Assembly (NCBI GenBank): GCA_965215005.1
Contig: CBDCCZ010000012.1
Coordinates: forward strand, 32,001-96,000
Origin: Kofleriaceae bacterium
GTDB taxonomy: Bacteria > Myxococcota_A > Polyangia > Haliangiales > Haliangiaceae
DNA: 64,000 nucleotides
Reading direction: 5' to 3'
Below, in pieces: positions 20,063 through 29,656 of the stretch (position 1 is its first letter; each line of letters starts with the position of its first letter). The position numbers were made by a program, and so were the translations under genes. The notes below the pieces were generated by a model. The model saw only the letters and a program-made list of their open reading frames with translations. It was not told the DNA's origin and searched no databases.

Positions 20063-20890
20063 ATGAGCTCAACCCCCGCCACCGCCTCCGTCGAGCCGTT
20101 CGCCGATGGCCAAACGTTTCGCCGCCTGCAGCGGAGCTTCTTCGACCTGGCCGAGAAGAAGCGCCGGTGGAACATCGACGATGACATCCCGTGGAGCACC
20201 GCAACGGGCGCGGTGGATCCCAACTTGGTCGAGGTCCTCGAGGCGTTTTACGCCACCGAGATGTTTCTCCCCGACTACAGCTCCAAGCTCATTGCCCTCA
20301 ACCGCGACAATCAGGGCATGGCGTGGTTCTTGACCAACTGGAGCTACGAAGAATCCAAGCATTCCATGGCCATCGAGCAGTGGATGCTGCGCTCCGGTCG
20401 CCGCACCGAGCAGCAAATGGACCAGCTCAACGAAGAGCTGCTGGCCAAGGAGTGGCAACTACCGTTTCACACCGGCCGCCAGATGACGATTTACGCCTGC
20501 ATCCAAGAGCTGGCGACGCAGCGCAACTATCTCAACCTCGCCAAGCTCACGGTTGCCGGCGGAGATGAGGCTCTGCAACGCATGTTGCGGCTCATCGCCA
20601 GTGATGAAGGAGTGCACCACAAGATGATGGTTGACTGCGTCCTCGAGTATCTGCGCGTCGACCGCGCTGGCACCCTCGCCGACTTCGCCACCGTGCTCGC
20701 CAACTTCGCAATGCCGGCCCACGACATCATCCCCGACTGGGAGCGGCGCGGCGCGCTCATCGAGGAGCTGCGCATCTATAGCGGCCGTCAGTTCGTCCGC
20801 GAGGTGCTGCTGCCGACATTGAAGCGGGTCGGGGTCGACCGCCGCGAGCTTCGCCCCCCCGCAGCACCGGCGCATGCGGCAGCGTCGTGA
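20063..20890 (+). CDS. acyl-ACP desaturase-like di-iron (ferritin-like) protein
   Basis: RRWNIDDDIPW, TEMFLPDY, WSYEESKH, QELATQRNY, DEGVH. Confidence 0.85.
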   Translation: MSSTPATASVEPFADGQTFRRLQRSFFDLAEKKRRWNIDDDIPWSTATGAVDPNLVEVLEAFYATEMFLPDYSSKLIALNRDNQGMAWFLTNWSYEESKHSMAIEQWMLRSGRRTEQQMDQLNEELLAKEWQLPFHTGRQMTIYACIQELATQRNYLNLAKLTVAGGDEALQRMLRLIASDEGVHHKMMVDCVLEYLRVDRAGTLADFATVLANFAMPAHDIIPDWERRGALIEELRIYSGRQFVREVLLPTLKRVGVDRRELRPPAAPAHAAAS

Positions 20891-21015
20891 TTGCCGCCAG
20901 CCGTGGCAGAACGACGGAGGGAGTGTGCGGGTCTGCGAGCCGGATGCGCGGGTGCAGGATGGGGAGATCGCGGGCATTGGGACGCGATCTGCCGGCGGGC
21001 TTGCGACCTAACCAT

Positions 21016-21031
21016 TGGCATGAGCCGTGCG
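21016..21031 (+). promoter_or_regulatory. putative sigma54 promoter upstream of infC
   Basis: TGGCATGAGCCGTGCG, GG-N10-GC. Confidence 0.4.
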
Positions 21032-21139
21032 GTTCTGGCGACAAACCGGCGCGCTCGCGCGTCGCACGTGCTAAATCCCTAGCATGACGCATCGGCCTCG
21101 GCCTACTGCTCGCACACACCTCATAGGAGACAGGTACAT

Positions 21140-21676
21140 TTGAGAAGGAAAAGCTTCGGTAAGCGCCCCCGGCCCGAAGGCCCTCGCATGAACCACCGAA
21201 TCCGCATCTCGCCGATTCGCGTGGTCATGGAAGATGGCACTCAGCTGGGCGTGATACCCACAGAAGAAGCTCTCGCCAAAGCTAGAGAGCTCGGTCTCGA
21301 CCTCCTCGAGATCTCGCCCAACGCGCGGCCGCCCGTCTGTAAGATCATCGATGCAGGTCGGTGGAAGTACGATCAGTCGAAGAAGCAGCGCGAGGCGAAG
21401 AAGAACGCCACTAAGGTCGAGCTCAAGCAGATCAAGCTCCGTCCCAAGACGGATGAGCACGACATCGCGTTCAAAGCGCGGCATGCTCGGCGCTTTCTCG
21501 AAGAGGGCAACAAAGTGCAGTTCGTGGTCCGCTTTCGCGGCCGCGAGAATGCCCATCCCGAGACCGGCCGCGCTGCGCTCGACAAGATCATGCACTCGCT
21601 GGTCGATCTGGCGAAGCTCGAGCAGATGCCTAAGTACGAAAATCGCGTCATGACCATGACCGTGGCCCCCAAGTAG
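21140..21676 (+). CDS. infC: translation initiation factor IF-3
   Basis: NHRIR...LDLLEISPNARPPVCKIID, KQIKLRPKTDEHD, RFRGRE; SD AGGAGA 9 nt before TTG. Confidence 0.96.
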   Translation: MRRKSFGKRPRPEGPRMNHRIRISPIRVVMEDGTQLGVIPTEEALAKARELGLDLLEISPNARPPVCKIIDAGRWKYDQSKKQREAKKNATKVELKQIKLRPKTDEHDIAFKARHARRFLEEGNKVQFVVRFRGRENAHPETGRAALDKIMHSLVDLAKLEQMPKYENRVMTMTVAPK

Positions 21677-21818
21677 CCGGTGACGTCGCCGCGCGTCCGG
21701 CGTCGGGCGCGCGCTGACTAGGCCGGGCGCGCTGGCTACTTCTGCGGTGGCCTTCGGCTGCGCTTGAAAGCGCTCCGGCATGGCAACCGTTGGGTGCCTC
21801 CGCGGGCGCAACGAGCGT

Positions 21819-22823
21819 TCACGGTGCGCCCGCGATCGCCAGACGCACCCGATACAGCCCTTGCCTCGCGGTGATGTAGAGCGTGCGCCGATCGGCATCT
21901 CCGAAGGCGCAGTTGGCGGGGACGCGAGAGCCGCCCTCGTCCGAGGGCAGCTCGATGATTCCCCATAACGTGCCCTCTGGAGCATGCACGGCCACGCCTG
22001 CGCCGGTCGTCACGTACAAGTTTCCCGCCGCATCCACAGCCATGCCATCGGCTTGTGGCGCCGAACCGATGAAGACGCGCTCTTGCGACAGGCTGCCATC
22101 GGCGGCAACGTCGTAGACGCGCACCAGCCCGCCAGCAGTTTCCGTGTCGGCGACGTAGAGCCGGGTTTCATCGGGCGACAGAGCCACGCCGTTGGGCCGC
22201 GAATCCAGCGGCCCCTGCCACTCGGCCACCAGCTCGCCGGCCGGGCTGAGGCGAAATACTCCATTGAACGGCAGCTCGCGGTCGGAGGGGTTCTGCAGCA
22301 GACCGTACGGAGGATCCGTGAAGTAGATCGTGCCGTCGCTGCGCACCACTAGATCATTGGGCGAGTTGAAACGCTGTCCCTCATATGTCGCGACCAAGGT
22401 CTCGGGCTCGCCGTTCTCGAGCGTCCTTGAGACGCGTCGCGTGCCGTGCTCGGCAGCAAGCAGCCGGCCCTGCCGATCCAGCGCCAGCCCATTGGACTGC
22501 CCGCTTGGCGACCGAAATACCGTGATCGTCGACGGCGGCGTGAGCTGATACATCACGTTCGCGAGGATGTCCGAGAACAGCAACACCGCCTCGCTCGGCA
22601 CCCATACCGGACCCTCAATGAACCTGAATTGCGCCGCAACGAGCTCGACGTCCCCGATGCCCTCGAGCGGATTGACCGGCTCGGAGCTGCCGTCAGCAGG
22701 CCCGGGATCACCGCTGCCGCCATCGCTGACCGGGCCGCCACGAGCGGCATCGGGAACCTGCGAGGCGGTATCGTCACCGCACGCGCTGACAAACAGGAGC
22801 GTGACGACGAGCGGGCGAAGCAT
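21819..22823 (-). CDS. SMP-30/gluconolactonase/LRE family lipoprotein
   Basis: FIEGPVW, SNGL, FNSPND, YFTDPPYG, DGMAVD; lipobox VSAC. Confidence 0.92.
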   Translation of the reverse strand: MLRPLVVTLLFVSACGDDTASQVPDAARGGPVSDGGSGDPGPADGSSEPVNPLEGIGDVELVAAQFRFIEGPVWVPSEAVLLFSDILANVMYQLTPPSTITVFRSPSGQSNGLALDRQGRLLAAEHGTRRVSRTLENGEPETLVATYEGQRFNSPNDLVVRSDGTIYFTDPPYGLLQNPSDRELPFNGVFRLSPAGELVAEWQGPLDSRPNGVALSPDETRLYVADTETAGGLVRVYDVAADGSLSQERVFIGSAPQADGMAVDAAGNLYVTTGAGVAVHAPEGTLWGIIELPSDEGGSRVPANCAFGDADRRTLYITARQGLYRVRLAIAGAP

Positions 22824-22865
22824 GCATCACAGCGTAGCCCGCAGCGGCTGCCACGGCGATGGCAT

Positions 22866-23279
22866 TTATCGCTCGCGATCCCGCGACGCGCTCGGGTCGC
22901 TCGGGTTTCGCGCAAACCACCACGCCCACGCGATGAAGACCCCTTGCAACGGCAGCCGTATCCACGCCAGCGTGGCGTTGGCAAACAGCGGTGGCAGGTC
23001 CGGGTGCTCGAGACCGCCACTGAGCGCGTGATAGAGGTTCGCGGGGAACACCGCCACGAGCGTCGCGATGAGTCCCCATGCCGCGAGCCGCTCGGTGCGT
23101 GGCCAGAGGAGCAGCGCCCCCAATCCGGCCTCGATTAAGCCAGAGAGGTACACGAGCAGCCGTGGCGCGGGCAGCATCGGCGGAATCAGCGCGGCGTACA
23201 CCGCCGGCTGCAGGAAGTGATTGATGCCGGCAGCGATGAACAGGACCGCTAGCAGCCACTTGAGTACGGTCCTCAGCAT
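22866..23279 (-). CDS. DoxX-like membrane protein
   Basis: AGINHF...SGLIE...VFPAN...RLPLQ. Confidence 0.85.
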   Translation of the reverse strand: MLRTVLKWLLAVLFIAAGINHFLQPAVYAALIPPMLPAPRLLVYLSGLIEAGLGALLLWPRTERLAAWGLIATLVAVFPANLYHALSGGLEHPDLPPLFANATLAWIRLPLQGVFIAWAWWFARNPSDPSASRDRER

Positions 23280-23344
23280 TGGATGCTGCTATCGACTTGC
23301 CGCCTGCGCATCGCGCTGTGCAGACGCTCGATTGATCCGCGCAA

Positions 23345-25012
23345 CTACGCGCGGCGCGCCACCGGAGAGGCCGAGCGACGATCGGCGGTGGCATCCCAAG
23401 GCCGAATTTTCAGCTTCGGGTTGCGAGAATCCGGCCGCCCCGCCGCGCGCTCGAACTGCGCCGCTAGGTGCGTCGCCACCTCGACCACGGTGCGATTCTC
23501 GCCAATGCGAATCGCGCCGATGTCCTTGCTGCGCACGTCGCCGCGGCGACACACCATCGCCAGCACCCGACTGGGATTGGCGCCAGAGCGCGCTCCCCAG
23601 CTCACGTGAAACGGCGTAAACGAACCGCTGCCGCGCGGCGTGTGCTCGCGGCCCGCCGGCCGCCGATCTCGTCCCGCCGCAGGCGACGGCGTCTGCAGCG
23701 AGCACGGCGCGCAGGGGCCGGTGTGAGTGCCGCGGGCCAGCAAACTGGCAACCACCGCAGCGGGGTCGGCGTCGGCGAGCAGCGCATCGGCCAGAGCGCG
23801 CAATCGCGCATCCGCTGGCGGCGCATCGGACAGCTCGCTCAGCAATCGCGCATCGGCCAACGCGTGAATCTCCGCCGCCGTCGGCACCGGCCGCCATGAG
23901 AGCCGGATTCCGGCGCGTCGCAGGTGGTGCTCGAAGCGGCGCTGCGCCGCCACCGGCACCAGAGCCACGCTGGTCCCCTTGTTGCCCGCGCGACCGGTGC
24001 GACCGCTGCGATGGGTGAGCACCTCGGGATTCTCGGGCAAGTCAAAGTGCACCACTTGCGTGACATCTGCGATGTCGAGACCGCGCGCCGCGACATCGGT
24101 GGCGACCACGATGCGCACTGCATCGGCGCGAAACGCCTCGAGCGTGGCCGTGCGCTCGCGCTGGCCCATCTCACCGCTGAGCGCCGTCGCCGAGAACCCC
24201 CGGGCAGCCAGCGCCGTGGCGATCTCCGTGGTCGCCGCGCGGGTGCGCACGAACACCAGCGTGCGGCTCTCGGGCGCCGCCAGCAGCAAATTGATGAGCG
24301 CCGGCAACCGGTCGCTGCCGCGCACCAAGTGGCCCACGTGCTCGATGTCTTCGTGGGCCGCTCCCATCGAGGTGCCCTGCACCGCCACCGCGTCGCGCTG
24401 ATAGCGGTCGGCCAGGCCTAGGACCTCGCGCGGCAACGTCGCCGACACCAGGTGGGTGCGCCGCTCCGCCGCCGTGACATCGAGAATCTTTGCCAAGTCT
24501 TCGGCAAAGCCCATGTCCAGCATCTCATCGGCCTCGTCGAGCACCGCCGCCCGCACACCCCACAAGTCGAGCGTGCCGCGGTCGAGGTGATCCACCAGCC
24601 GCCCCGGCGTCCCGACCACGACCTGAGGCTGCTCGCGAAGCGCCCGCACGTCGCCACCAAACGGCGTGCCGCCGGTTACCGACACCACCCGCACTCCCAG
24701 CGGCTGATACAGCCACGACAGCTCGCCGGCGATCTGCGCCGCCAGCTCGCGGGTTGGTGCGATCAATAGAACCCGCGGTCGCGCCGCCTGCCGGCCCTGG
24801 GGCGATTCGAGGTCCTCGAGCGCCGACGCCAGCACCAGGCCGATCGCCACGGTCTTGCCCGAACCCGTACGCGACGAGATTCGCAGATCGCGCCCCACGA
24901 GCTCGGGGTCGAGCACTGCCTGCTGCACCGCAGTGAGGGAGGTGAAGCCGCGGGATTGCAGGGCGGCAGCAAGAGGCTCGGGAACGGCGGCAAACGGTAC
25001 ATCGGAAGTCAT
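23345..25012 (-). CDS. DEAD-box RNA helicase with C-terminal DbpA-type RNA-binding domain
   Basis: TGSGKT, PTRELA, DEADEML, SAT, ARGLD, HRSGRTGRAG, IGAIRI; RBS AGGAGG. Confidence 0.93.
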   Translation of the reverse strand: MTSDVPFAAVPEPLAAALQSRGFTSLTAVQQAVLDPELVGRDLRISSRTGSGKTVAIGLVLASALEDLESPQGRQAARPRVLLIAPTRELAAQIAGELSWLYQPLGVRVVSVTGGTPFGGDVRALREQPQVVVGTPGRLVDHLDRGTLDLWGVRAAVLDEADEMLDMGFAEDLAKILDVTAAERRTHLVSATLPREVLGLADRYQRDAVAVQGTSMGAAHEDIEHVGHLVRGSDRLPALINLLLAAPESRTLVFVRTRAATTEIATALAARGFSATALSGEMGQRERTATLEAFRADAVRIVVATDVAARGLDIADVTQVVHFDLPENPEVLTHRSGRTGRAGNKGTSVALVPVAAQRRFEHHLRRAGIRLSWRPVPTAAEIHALADARLLSELSDAPPADARLRALADALLADADPAAVVASLLARGTHTGPCAPCSLQTPSPAAGRDRRPAGREHTPRGSGSFTPFHVSWGARSGANPSRVLAMVCRRGDVRSKDIGAIRIGENRTVVEVATHLAAQFERAAGRPDSRNPKLKIRPWDATADRRSASPVARRA

Positions 25013-25205
25013 CGGAAGCCACCTCCTAGCATGCCCAGCCGCGCAGGAACACAAGAACCGCAATTGGCCACCCACCGCAACCGCTCAGTTGCCCCCCACT
25101 GCTGCACCTCGTCTTCGCAAATCGACCGCGTTTCCCACCGCGCCCATCCGCCACCGGGCACATCATCGTCACCGACCTGGAGCCGCATCGTCTATTCTCA
25201 CCGCC

Positions 25206-26027
25206 ATGAACCAGCCCGGACGATCGGCCTGGCGCGACTCCCTCCACGAGATCATCTTCGAAGCCGACACCCCCGGCGGCAAAGCCTTCGACGTCTGGCT
25301 GTTGATCCTTATCATGGCGAGCATTCTCGTCGTCATGCTCGAGAGCGTTGCCAGCATTCGCAGCGACTACGGCACCATCCTGCGCATTGCCGAGTGGGGC
25401 CTGACCGTCGCCTTCACCATCGAGTACATCCTGCGGCTGGTGTGCGTCCAGCGCCCCTCGCACTACGCACGCAGCTTCTTTGGCGTGGTCGACGTCCTAT
25501 CCATCGCCCCCACCTACCTCAGCCTGTTTTTGGTAGGTGCCCAGTCGTTTCTCGTCATCCGCGCCCTGCGCCTACTGCGGGTCTTCCGCGTCCTCAAGCT
25601 CGGTCACTTCCTCCACGAGGCGACCGTTCTACGCACCGCCCTTCACGCTAGCATGCGCAAGATCACCGTCTTCATCGGTGTCGTTCTCACCACCGTCCTC
25701 ATCGTCGGCGCGCTCATGTACATCATCGAAGGTGCCGACGCCGGCTTCACCAGCATTCCCCGCAGTGCCTACTGGGCCATCGTCACCATGACCACCGTCG
25801 GCTATGGCGATATCGCGCCGCAGACCCCCCTGGGCCAAATCATGGCCTCTGCTCTCATGGTCATGGGCTACGGCGTCATCGCCGTGCCCACCGGCATCGT
25901 CTCCGTCGAGCTCGGCCAAGCAACCCGCACCGCCAGTCAAACCACCCGCGCCTGCCCCGCCTGCGGCCGCAACGGCCACACCCACGACGCGCGCTACTGC
26001 AAGTACTGCAGCAGCTCGCTAAACTAA
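25206..26027 (+). CDS. 6TM potassium channel (ion transporter)
   Basis: S4 RALRLLRVFRVLK, filter TTVGYGD, C-terminal CPAC...YCKYC. Confidence 0.92.
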   Translation: MNQPGRSAWRDSLHEIIFEADTPGGKAFDVWLLILIMASILVVMLESVASIRSDYGTILRIAEWGLTVAFTIEYILRLVCVQRPSHYARSFFGVVDVLSIAPTYLSLFLVGAQSFLVIRALRLLRVFRVLKLGHFLHEATVLRTALHASMRKITVFIGVVLTTVLIVGALMYIIEGADAGFTSIPRSAYWAIVTMTTVGYGDIAPQTPLGQIMASALMVMGYGVIAVPTGIVSVELGQATRTASQTTRACPACGRNGHTHDARYCKYCSSSLN

Positions 26028-26372
26028 CAGCAACCGCCCGATTCCCGCCCGTCTACCCCGGCGTCAATCTCGAGAGAACCCAGGCTGCGACAGGTGAGAG
26101 CGCTTGATGGAAGCGGCGGTAGTCGGCCATGAGATCGACGACCTCGACCACGCGATTTCCATGGAATGGAACCGATAGGTTCAGCATCCGCTCCGCCATG
26201 TTGACCCAAGCCTAGCCGGCGCAGGCCGTGTCGTGTAGACAGCCATGACTCCACGCAAACGCTGCATCCCCGTCGCTACGCGCCCGCGACTGCAGGGGCG
26301 TCTCGAGGATAGTGCTCCAGAAGCTAGACGCTTACGCGCCGACCGAACGCCAGCCATGAGGCAACGCGGGTG

Positions 26373-26431
26373 CTCGCCTCAGCCTCCGTGACAGCAGGCC
26401 AGGATGACCTGGCCTCGTCACTGAGAGCGAG
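26373..26431 (-). terminator. long hairpin just downstream of tRNA-Glu
   Basis: AGGCCAGG-atga-CCTGGCCT core extended by GTGAC/GTCAC and outer pairing. Confidence 0.45.
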
Positions 26432-26433
26432 AG

Positions 26434-26510
<77 letters not shown>

Positions 26511-26520
26511 GAACGGAGAT

Positions 26521-26596
<76 letters not shown>

Positions 26597-26718
26597 GGAC
26601 TCGTCGCGCGATGGGAAACGGACATTGCACGAAGCGGAGGTGGATTGCAAGGGCGTGGGACATGGGAATGACCCTGTGGGAGGGGATGCCGGCTGGCGTG
26701 GGCGCAGCTCGAGGCACA

Positions 26719-26747
26719 TTGACACGCGCCATGGGGCTCAGTAGGCT
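26719..26747 (+). promoter_or_regulatory. sigma70-type promoter of PilZ gene
   Basis: TTGACA-N17-TAGGCT. Confidence 0.6.
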
Positions 26748-26790
26748 GCAATGCGGAATTATCGCACCCCACAGCCGGAGAAGTAGCTGG

Positions 26791-27123
26791 ATGGCTGAGA
26801 AACGCCGCGGGCATCGAGTCCGCGTCAATCTACGCGCGCAGTACCGATCGAGTGTTACCTCGATGGAGGGGTGGGTTGCGAATCTCAGTCGCTACGGGAT
26901 GTTCTTGCGCTCGGACTATCTCGATGATCGCGGCGCACGGGTGGTCGTGGTGATTGAGATTCCAGGCGATGATGGTGCGCTGCAGCTCGAGGGCGAGGTG
27001 GTGCGGGTCGACGAGAGGCCGTGCTCCTCCGGTATGGGAATTCGTTTCGGTCGGATGGCGGAAACGGTCCATCGGCAGCTTGCTAACTTCATGATCGAAC
27101 GAAGTTATCAGTCGCTTCACTAG
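26791..27123 (+). CDS. PilZ domain protein
   Basis: RRGHR (RxxxR), NLSRYGMF (D/NxSxxG), GMGIRF. Confidence 0.9.
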   Translation: MAEKRRGHRVRVNLRAQYRSSVTSMEGWVANLSRYGMFLRSDYLDDRGARVVVVIEIPGDDGALQLEGEVVRVDERPCSSGMGIRFGRMAETVHRQLANFMIERSYQSLH

Positions 27124-27136
27124 CCGCTCCCGCGAC

Positions 27137-27164
27137 TTGAATCCTATAGGCTGCACGTTATGAT
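27137..27164 (+). promoter_or_regulatory. sigma70-type promoter of zapA, apparently leaderless
   Basis: TTGAAT-N16-TATGAT, ATG follows 6 nt later. Confidence 0.6.
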
Positions 27165-27170
27165 GGGCCG

Positions 27171-27455
27171 ATGATTCGCTCTGTCACGGTGTCAGTCGCA
27201 GGTACGCGGCTGGCCCTACGGACCGACGCCAAGCCTTCGTACGTAGAAGCGCTCGCGGCGTACGTGACGGATAAGATTGACGAGGCAGGGCGTGGGGGTC
27301 GAGCGGTGTCGACGCACCAAGCGTGTCTGCTTGCTGCACTGAGTCTCGCGGATGAGCTTCATCAAGCGCGGGATGGACATACGCGTCTCAAGGCGCAAGT
27401 GCGCGAACGGTCGGAGCGGATCCTTCACTATCTGGACCTCGAAGCCGGCGCATAG
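27171..27455 (+). CDS. zapA: cell division protein ZapA
   Basis: VTVSVAG...LAAYVTDKI...LAALSLADEL plus coiled coil; context before fau-rny. Confidence 0.88.
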   Translation: MIRSVTVSVAGTRLALRTDAKPSYVEALAAYVTDKIDEAGRGGRAVSTHQACLLAALSLADELHQARDGHTRLKAQVRERSERILHYLDLEAGA

Positions 27456-27494
27456 CTGGCGTTGCTCGCGAGCCGATGCTCGTCCTCCACTCTA

Positions 27495-28100
27495 ATGAAA
27501 CATCCGCTCCCCCGGTCGGGAGATGACACGGTCGCCGCGAAGGCGCGCTTACGGCGCGAGATGCGCCATAAACGAGAAGCCATCCCTATCGAGCTCGCGC
27601 AAGCGGCGGCGAGCGCGGCGGCGGAGCACCTGCTCAGCAGTGCTCCCATCGCCGCAGCGCAGGTCGTGGCGATGTATGCGGCTGTTCGCTGCGAGCTCGA
27701 TCCGATCCCGGCAGCGCATGCTCTTCGCAGCCGCGGCGCTACCCTCGCCTATCCGCGCATCGCGGCCGGCGAGCGCCAATTGACCTGGCATTTAATCGAT
27801 GAGCCGCAAGTACTTTGCTTGGGCTCATTTGGTATTCCCGAGCCAGATGCAGCTACGCCAACCATCCCTGCGAACCGCATAGACTGCTTTGTGGTTCCCG
27901 GCCTAGCGTTCGACTGGCGCGGGAATCGACTCGGATGGGGGCGCGGCTATTACGACGCTACGCTAGCGAGCCATCCCACCACGCCTCGGGTCGGCTACGG
28001 CTACGAGTGTCAACGGATCGAGCATGTCCCGGTGGACATGCTCGACCTGCCAATGAACCTAATCGTCACTGAGTCCAACATATGGAACCCCTCTTTCTAG
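27495..28100 (+). CDS. fau: 5-formyltetrahydrofolate cyclo-ligase
   Basis: KARLRREM, FGIPEP, VPGLAFD...RLGWGRGYYD. Confidence 0.93.
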   Translation: MKHPLPRSGDDTVAAKARLRREMRHKREAIPIELAQAAASAAAEHLLSSAPIAAAQVVAMYAAVRCELDPIPAAHALRSRGATLAYPRIAAGERQLTWHLIDEPQVLCLGSFGIPEPDAATPTIPANRIDCFVVPGLAFDWRGNRLGWGRGYYDATLASHPTTPRVGYGYECQRIEHVPVDMLDLPMNLIVTESNIWNPSF

Positions 28101-29644
28101 TTTTGGCGATCGTCGTGGGGGTAGCCCTCGGTGTCGCCTTGGCGCGTGCATTCGGCTCTGGCGCCAACGCGGGCACCGGGGAGGCTGCCGAACAAGAAGC
28201 CAAACGCATTCTCGACGCCGCGGAAGCCGAGGTTGAAGAGATCAAGAAGGCGGCGCAAGTCGAGGGCAGAGAGCTTGCCTTCAAGCTCAAAGGCGACGTC
28301 GAAGAAGAGCTTCGTCGCCGCCGCGCGGAGATGGCGCAACAAGAAGAAGCGGTAAGCAGTCGTGAACGCGACGTCGAACGCCGCCGCAAAGAGACTCAGA
28401 AGCGTGAAAGCGCACTCGATCGGCGAGACAAAACCATCGAGAGTCGCGAAAAGGCCGCCGAGGCGATGGCCGCCAAGGCGGAAGCGGCGCATGCGGAGGC
28501 GACCAAGCGCATCGAGGAGATCGCCTCGCTGACGGCTGAGGAGGCGAAGCGACGGCTCGAGGACGAGATGCGCGAGCAAGCGCGCGCCGCTGCCGCCGCC
28601 GAGATCAAACGCATTGAAGATGAGGCCGAGGCCGAGGCCGCTGCGAAGTCAAAAACCATCATTGCAGCGGCCATTCAGCGCTACGCCAGCGAGTTCGTGC
28701 AGGAGCGGACGGTCTCGGTGGTGCCACTGCCATCGGATGACATGAAAGGCCGACTCATCGGTCGCGAGGGACGCAACATTCGCGCGCTCGAAGCGGCAAC
28801 CGGCATCGACATGATCATCGATGACACCTCTGAAGTCATCACCATCTCTTGCTTCAACCCGGTGCGGCGCGAGATCGCGCGCATTGCCATCAGCAACTTA
28901 GTCGCTGATGGACGCATTCATCCCACGCGAATCGAAGAGGTGGTGCGCAAAGCCGAGAAGGAGATCGACAAAGTCTGCAAAGAAGCCGGCGAGCAGGCGG
29001 TCTTCGATCTTGGACTCCACCGAGTTCATCCTGAGCTGGTGAAACAACTAGGAATGCTGCGCTACCGCTCTTCCTACGCGCAGAACCTCTTACAGCACTC
29101 GGTGGAAGTGGGTTTCTTGGCTGGATTGATGGCAGCCGAAGTTGGCATAAGTGTCAAGGTCGCGCGACGCGCAGGCCTTCTGCACGACATCGGTCGCTCG
29201 GTCGATCACGAACACGAAGGCTCGCATGCGCAGGTGGGCGCGCAACTGGCGCGCAAGTATGGCGAATCGCCGAAAGTGTGCGACGCGATCGCGGCTCATC
29301 ACGGCGATCCGCAACCGACAACCATTCTCGAGCACCTCGTGCAGGCCGCCAATCAAGTATCCGCGGCGCGTCCGGGTGCTCGGCGTGAGCTGCTTGCGTC
29401 GTATGTGAAGCGGCTTGAAGACCTGGAGGCGCTGTGCGCGACGTTCAGCGGGGTGAATCGCGTGTATGCGCTGCAGGCGGGACGCGAAGTTCGCGTGATG
29501 GTCGAGAACGAGAAGGTCGACGACGCACAGGCCCTCATGCTGAGCAAAGAGATCGCCCGCAAGATCGAGAGCGAGGCCGCCTATCCCGGCCAGGTGCGTG
29601 TCGTGGTGGTACGCGAGACACGAGCGAGCGACTACGCTCGCTAG
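28082..29644 (+). CDS. rny: ribonuclease Y
   Basis: N-terminal TM, coiled coil, KH KGRLIGREGRNI, HD LLHDIGR, SAARPGAR, AGREVRV. Confidence 0.96.
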   Translation: MEPLFLVLAIVVGVALGVALARAFGSGANAGTGEAAEQEAKRILDAAEAEVEEIKKAAQVEGRELAFKLKGDVEEELRRRRAEMAQQEEAVSSRERDVERRRKETQKRESALDRRDKTIESREKAAEAMAAKAEAAHAEATKRIEEIASLTAEEAKRRLEDEMREQARAAAAAEIKRIEDEAEAEAAAKSKTIIAAAIQRYASEFVQERTVSVVPLPSDDMKGRLIGREGRNIRALEAATGIDMIIDDTSEVITISCFNPVRREIARIAISNLVADGRIHPTRIEEVVRKAEKEIDKVCKEAGEQAVFDLGLHRVHPELVKQLGMLRYRSSYAQNLLQHSVEVGFLAGLMAAEVGISVKVARRAGLLHDIGRSVDHEHEGSHAQVGAQLARKYGESPKVCDAIAAHHGDPQPTTILEHLVQAANQVSAARPGARRELLASYVKRLEDLEALCATFSGVNRVYALQAGREVRVMVENEKVDDAQALMLSKEIARKIESEAAYPGQVRVVVVRETRASDYAR

Positions 29645-29656
29645 CAAAGGAGCGCG

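Noticed and set aside
26028..26372. Possible integrated-element scar downstream of tRNA-Glu
   Set aside because: No integrase and no duplicated tRNA 3' end seen; no convincing ORF
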